A program made the position numbers and the translations under genes. A stretch of 62,416 bases of DNA, filler included, from Platydemus manokwari (Eukaryota): assembly GCA_037951405.1 (NCBI GenBank). It is 5 parts of 5 records of this genome, joined end to end, with 100 filler letters (N's around TTAATTAATTAA, not from the genome) between each part and the next. Parts side by side here need not be neighbours in the genome. Positions count along the whole stretch, not along the records: positions 47,814 to 62,416 come from JBBMOY011430310.1; 4 more parts are not named here. One strand, 5' to 3'. A model generated the notes under the pieces. The model saw only the letters and a program-made list of their open reading frames with translations, did no database searches and was not told the origin of the DNA. Below are positions 56,290-62,416 of the stretch, in pieces; positions within the stretch are counted from its first letter, which is position 1; each line of letters begins with the position of its first letter.

Positions 56290-57520
56290 GTTAAGGGTTC
56301 TAGAATCAACATCCTCTTTGAATCAACATTCGAGTTCAATTTTGACCCTTATAGTAATGAGCAGGATTAATTTTATTAAATAGATTTAAATTTTTTTAAT
56401 GAAATTGTCCAGGATGATAACCAGTATTAAATTCATTTAAAAACTTATTATTTGTCACTCCGGGTTGCCGCCTTCACTGAGTCACCAACAATAAATTTGA
56501 AACCTCTAAATTTCTTACTATTTATACTTTTTGTATGATTCTCATTCATACTATTCGTATTTTTATACATACCAATCATACTATTCATACTACTCGCACT
56601 CGTATTCGTGTTTTTCATATGAGATATGGTTTTTTCATGTTTTGCACTATTAGATTTAGAAATCTCTATTGCAAATCTGCCAAAAATAATTTTTATTCAT
56701 TTTTTAACCTAAAAAATGACTTTTGTTTGGAAAAGAAATAAAATAATCATCCAAATATTTCTTCATCTTTTAGAATTTTAATTATTGGGTGTCCAGAATG
56801 TGGTAAACTCAATTACTTTATGGAATGTTATTTTACACCAGGATTTTTACATTATGATAATTTAATAATATTTTCAAAAATTGTTTATCAATGCATTATC
56901 AAAAGAAATTACAATAAAAATAATTGAAGAACAAGATAGGTCTGATGAAGATAAAAGGAAAGATCTAGTTCTTGTGGATATGTTTACAATCTACGAAGAA
57001 GATTAAAAAAAAACCTAAATTTATAAATTAAAAATAGGGGGTTTTGTTATAAATAAAAGAATAGAAGAATTAAAAAGAATGTTTCCTTGAAAAATAAAAT
57101 AAATAATGAAGCTGAAGAAAAACAATATTCTAAAATTTTGTTTAATCAAGGTACTACTGAATTTGCTAAACCTTTGTTAGTAGATGTTGTACAAAATCAA
57201 GTAAAACAATAATTGGTAATTGAGGGAAATAAAAATTTAAAAGCTATAGAGGAAAGATAGAAAAAAATGAATGAAAAACTTTTAAATCAAATAATAAAAA
57301 ACGGTATTTAATTATGTTGAAAAAAATAAAGAAATTGTTAATGGTGGTATAAGCGATGGCATTTATTTAAATCCTTGTGAAGGAAAAGCTTTCAATGATT
57401 TATAAAAATGCTAGGTATGAAAAATTACCATATATTGCCAGAAGTATATAAGGGAGAATTAAAAGTAAAAGCGAAATTTAATGAGTTAATTAACGTTGTT
57501 TTTAAAAGCTCCTCACAGTG
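56290..57520. mobile_element. Polinton/Maverick remnant: packaging ATPase (+, ~56740-57010) and adjacent fragments
   Basis: NNHPNISSSFRILIIGCPECGK(T)QLLYGMLFTPGFLHYDNLIIFSKIVYQ (Walker A in Polinton ATPase context, frameshifted). Divergent FKFIVGDSVK integrase-tail-like piece at 56400-56520. Confidence 0.6.
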
Positions 57521-57599
57521 ATAAATACTAATAATAATTATTTTTAATATAATCATTTAAAAATATTTTTTAATTATTAATCTTAATCTTAAGCTTTAC

Positions 57600-58255
57600 A
57601 TTCCACCTTTATGAAATCTCTGATTTTTTAAATATTTCTTATTATTACTGCTCTTTTTCCATTTCGAAATGGGCCTTCATATCTTTCCTAATCCTTATTC
57701 TTTATCTCTCTTTTTATTTGTACCTTATCTCCTTCTTTGAATTTACGTTTAGTTGTTGCTTTACTAACGTTATTTTATTTTTTCTTCCATGTTCTTCTAT
57801 TGATCATCTCTGTCTTTTCTATTATTTTCTTTCCGCTGTAATCTGCTTATCTTTTTCCCAAATATGAATTCTCCTAGACTGACCTTAATGGTTTTTGTAC
57901 TGTTGCATTCAACATGTATTCGGTCTCTTTTAATATTGAAGCTCAATTTGCGTTTTGTCTTTCTTTTATCACGCAAAAGATAGTTCTTATCAAAATATTT
58001 ATTTAAATAAATTATTTTTGGAATTGCATCAGTGTACTTTTCACATTTGTTGAATTCTTCCATAATATTTTAAAATTCATCTTCATCTGGTTTATAATAA
58101 CAATATGTATATTCATTAGTAAATTTATTATTTGATTTAACATATCCTTTTCCCATTTTTGATGAAACTCCATCTCGAATTTGTTGTTCTATCGTTTCAT
58201 ATATTTCATGGTTGTAGTTTAAAATATTTTTATTATTAAGTTTTCTTGGCATAAT
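57600..58255 (-). mobile_element. Decayed integrase C-terminal fragment
   Basis: ...KRKFKEGDKVQIKRE...YEGP(F) GPY/F-like tail. Confidence 0.5.
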
Positions 58256-58259
58256 TACC

Positions 58260-60287
58260 CTTTACTTTTCTTGACCGCTGAATTGACTTCTGTTACTGTT
58301 TCATTTACTAGTTTCGAATGGAACCAACGACAGTATCTTCTTGTTGAATCTTTCTTAGTTCGTCATTAGTTGGAATTGAATGCTCGACAACATTAATAAA
58401 CAGACTTTTTGGTTTACCTTCTTTAGCCCCCTGCTGCTTCACCTATCCTAGAGAGTCTATCTGCATTTCTATGATCTGATTCATTCCGATATTGAAGTTC
58501 GAAACTGAACTGTCATCCAACTGGCTTAGAACACTGCAATCGCTCCGAAACTAGGATCGATATTAAAAATTATCTCTTTGTTTGCATCCGGAAAATCAAA
58601 GTAGTCCATATTTGTTCCTTTAAGTTTCCAAGACTTTCCTCAAACTCTGTTCTCCACTCCAATTTTTTGTCACTTCCAGTCATCTTCACATATAACGAAG
58701 CCCTAACCAATGCGTAGTCTTTGATAAATCTTATGTAATAATTACATAATCATAGGAACCACCTAAACTGAAGGATATAACAAGGTTTTATTGCTTACTT
58801 AAACGTCTTTACTTTGTGGTCATTAGTTTTTATATTTTTCATTGACCGTATGACTCAAAAATGTCAATGTTCTAGTGCCAAAAGTGCAATTCTTGGGATT
58901 GATTTTTAAATTTGATGAATTAATCAACCTGAATATCTTGTCCAGTTTCTCATTGTGTTCTTCTATTTTTTCCATATATTAAAATATCGTCCAGATAAAC
59001 AAGAACGCCTTTGTAAATCAAGTCCTCGAATATAGTATTCATTAGATACTGAAACGTTGCTGGCGCGGTACATAATCCAAACGATGGTTAGTTAAAACAA
59101 AGCTGGTGTGTTCTAGTGCTGAACCCCATTTTCAACTTAGAATCTTCCTCAAGTTCAATTTGATAATATGCTTGACCTAAATCTATCGTGGAGAACTGTC
59201 GCTCCATACACTGAGCCCAATAACGTTTGTATATCAGGTACCCTAAAAGAAAACGTCTCAGTCTGTTCATTTAGTTTTTTGCATTCAAACACATCTTGAT
59301 AGATCCATCTTTCTTTAGAAACACGATCAAAGGAGAGTTCCAAGAGCACTTACAAGATGTTATGACATTACTTTTGATAAGATTTTCTATCATTTCTTGA
59401 ATTTTAGTTTTAAATTTTTTAGCTACCTTCTGAGGTTTCCTTTTTTAGAGACCTTCATTAAATCAGTAAGTCCCAAATCAAACTGATGATATTCCTTTAG
59501 ACAAAATTCTCTTTTCTCCACGATTGGATTAAGCTCTTTGAACGAAGTCTGCTTCTAAAAGATATTTCTTGGATCATTTTGAAATACCAACTAAGAATAT
59601 ATCTTCGTTATGGCGTTTAGAGGCTTCGTCAGAGTTAACTTCTCAAAATTGATAGCCAGCTGTCTTCTTCTATCATCGGACATTGCAGGGTCTAGAGTAA
59701 GACTCTTTCAATTTATCACTATTTATACCATGCAGAATAAATAGTCTAGAAATTTCTTCAAGAGTTTTTTTCTTGTCAAATACTTCGGAAAATGGCTTCT
59801 TTACCCGAAGTTCATAATTGCGGAATTTTTCATCTGGTCTTTGTTGCGTTGCTGCCAAATCTTGAACCTTGTCGTACACTGATTTGGTATGTGAAAATGC
59901 TTCTAAAAACCATTTCTCAATCTCTTCATTCGAAACAGCTTCTCTGAAATTGCCGAATTCTTGCCACAGCTGTTTGGCGTCATCTCTCAAAAGCATGTCA
60001 AATGCAAATGATAGCTCCATTGATTAAAGGTCACGAAATCTTTGGTTGTTTTAGAATCTTAGATTGATGAATCGAAGAATGACGGTTTCAGAATTAATAA
60101 CACCTTAGTTTTTTGTGGCGGTTTCGCAAAAATTGTCTGCTTCTTTTCTCGTTTAGTTCTAGTCAGAGCGTTAATTTCTGCATGGTCGCCAGTAAAAACA
60201 TAAGTTGTTTTCATCAATCTTTTATTTTTATATAAAAATCACACACGTTTATTTTTAATATTAAAACAAATCTTTTTTTATTTATCT
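58260..60287 (-). mobile_element. Gypsy 5' part: 97-bp LTR (60287-60191), PBS TGGCGACCATG, gag, RT, deleted RNase H
   Basis: LTR homologous to 54902-54998 and 51521-51620; [33 protein letters not shown]; 58260-58510 duplicates 55830-56100. Confidence 0.88.
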
Positions 60288-61070
60288 CTTTTCTATCACA
60301 TATTCACTGATGATAAATAAAACTAATTTCTTTTACAAAGTACGAACAACAGTTAACACACATACTTAATTTCTGTGTTGATTTCCTTTTCCTTAAAGTC
60401 AAACTTACAAAATAAATAGTATAGTTGGATGTATCAATTCTTGATAAGATAATCTGCACCGAAACTATTATTTGAAAAATGGTTAATAACATTGAATAAT
60501 TGGCTAATAAAATTTGATTATCAAAATATTTTTCTAGAACAAATATTTACTGATTATTGTTATTTTAACTTGGAATATAATAACTTGTCAAATTTGCTGA
60601 TTTATGCCTTTGCTAGAAATTTACTTCGATAACTACAATTCGAAAATTTCTGATAAATATTTTTCGATTATATTACATCACAATATTTTACCAAAATAAT
60701 TGTCTTTATAAAACGAAAAGCTAATAGTATGCATCGATAAATGGAATTGCAAAAGAACATTTTCACTGTATATATTCTTTTAAACATATTGAACTAGTAG
60801 AAAGCTGTTGGTCTACCCAAGCTGACACGTATTATATGAAACACTACCTGGTACACCATGATACCATGATCAAAACAAATATTATCAAACACTATTCAGA
60901 TAAGACTACACATTTAATTTATTCAATCAGTACAACATCTATAATCCATCAATGTTGTAAGTCAGAATAATATCGCTTCTACATAAATGTTGCCACGAAC
61001 AGGTTCCAATCGAGTTATAAAAAGCAATAAATCATTAAGTAATGCGACGTTACTATTCGAGAAATCACAA

Positions 61071-61808
61071 ATTAGAACAGGTGTAACACAATCTCTTCAT
61101 AAAGAAAGATATTCATTATTTAGAGATTTATGTTTTTTTATTATTTTTATGATTCACAACGAGAAATTTTACTTGGTGTTAGCACACACCTTTTATGCTT
61201 CATATCCGAAAACAAATTGCTAAATTTGCGATCTAAATACTATTTTTGGCTTAAATCCAAAATAGATTAGACACAAATTTAAGAAGAATTAGAGATTTTT
61301 GTTATTTTTTTTATTTTTATGATTCACATCGAGAAATTTCACTTGGTGTTAGCACACACCTTTTATGCTTAATATCCGAAAACAAATTGCTAAATTTGCG
61401 ATCTAAATACTATTTTTGGCATCAATCCAAAATAGATTATATACACAAATTTCGAAGGAGTATTTCTAGCCATGAGAACTCATGCGCTTAGAAAACGTGC
61501 AACACAACCTCTTCATAAAGAAAGATATTCATTATTTAGAGATTTTTGTTTTTTTTATTTTTGATTCACATCGACAAATTTTACTTGGCGTCTGAACAAT
61601 CAAACTGTCAAGGTTTATAAATTTTCGATAACTCTATGTCCAAAGACAAAATGCTAAATTTGCGATCTAAATACTATTTTTGGCTTAAATCCAAAATAGA
61701 TTATAGACACAAATTTCGGAGGAGTGTTTCTAGCCATGAGAACTCATGCGCTTAGAAAACATGCAACACAACCTCTTCATAAAGAAAAATATTCATTATT
61801 TAGAGATA
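61071..61808 (+). repeat. Tandem repeat, ~3 units of ~210-265 bp
   Basis: Recurrent CTCTTCATAAAGAAA.ATATTCATTATTTAGAGAT and TGCTAAATTTGCGATCTAAATACTATTTTTGGC. Confidence 0.85.
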
Positions 61809-62416
61809 TGGCTGATTCTGGCTTGGTACCTAATTATTTCCCGAAATGTAACTTGATGTTGGTTAAATCAAGTGTTAATAAATCATTGAATATAAAACAC
61901 ATCCATATGACCAAATCCTAAAGATTTTTAGTCGCTTAGGATCGATTGACACTTGATTTACAAGCGTAATTCATCATCTATGCTCTTGTAACTCAATTCG
62001 GCAACAATCCAAAGTAGAAAGCGATTATCATTCTGCTTAATCTAATAACGTTTTTTCCTTCCTTCTTTCTACCATTGAAATGCTGTTATCCAATGGCAAA
62101 GAAGTCTTGACCAAATATTTTTCAAGACACTCCTTCATTTGTTTGCCATTCATTAACTCAAAGTTTATTTGATGTTCAGTTGTATTGTTTACGGATGGTT
62201 TAATATTTTCCATTTCTCGATGATGTTTGATTTACCCACAAAGTCGATGTTAACTTAAAAATATAAAAATGCAACTCAGGATATTTATAAAACCATAATT
62301 AATTTAATCATTAACAATAAAAATAATTATCATCTATTTTTACGAATAAAATAATCAATTTTCTTACTTGATCTCTAAATAATAAATAATCCATCAGAAC
62401 GAATAAACAAATGAAT

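Noticed and set aside
54902-60287. Single full-length Gypsy bounded by two LTRs
   Set aside because: 58260-58510 duplicates 55830-56100, so at least two copies plus foreign fragments are involved; no TSD recognised.
11053-60315. CTGATGA cores as hammerhead ribozymes (11053, 41021, 47270, 56942, 60307)
   Set aside because: No properly placed GAAA and flanking stems found by eye.
61071-61808. CRISPR-like repeat array
   Set aside because: Units are >200 bp and similar throughout, with no unique spacers and no cas genes; eukaryotic context.
86-61921. Most short ORFs in the supplied track
   Set aside because: Antisense shadows of transposon or gene frames, or chance AT-rich ORFs without motifs.

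Overview
Very AT-rich eukaryotic (animal-like) genomic DNA with 42-61 nt introns. A triclad flatworm would fit, but that is inference only. The window is five contigs joined by artificial 100-nt N/TTAATTAATTAA linkers. Host genes: the 5' six exons of a TTLL4-like tubulin glutamylase (+), a three-exon DHRS11-like SDR (-) whose first intron ends in CG rather than AG, and several pseudogene fragments (orphan SDR exon, EGR/KLF-type zinc finger, possible LRP exon, 5.8S rRNA). Most of the rest is decayed transposons: Gypsy elements with ~97-100 bp AGT...ACT LTRs, a Tigger/pogo derivative and a Polinton fragment. The best signal is in the first 10 kb. Two convergent, diverged R2-superfamily (NeSL/Utopia-type) retrotransposons together show zinc fingers, a Ulp1-like protease, RT, CCHC and RLE. 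Both end AATAAA + exactly 15 nt and then run into the same U2 snRNA stub (stem IIa, compensatory changes), with no Sm site or rest of U2. Between them lie five fragments of an unrecognised ~400-aa CxCxxC-repeat ORF that may be an accessory ORF of this element.
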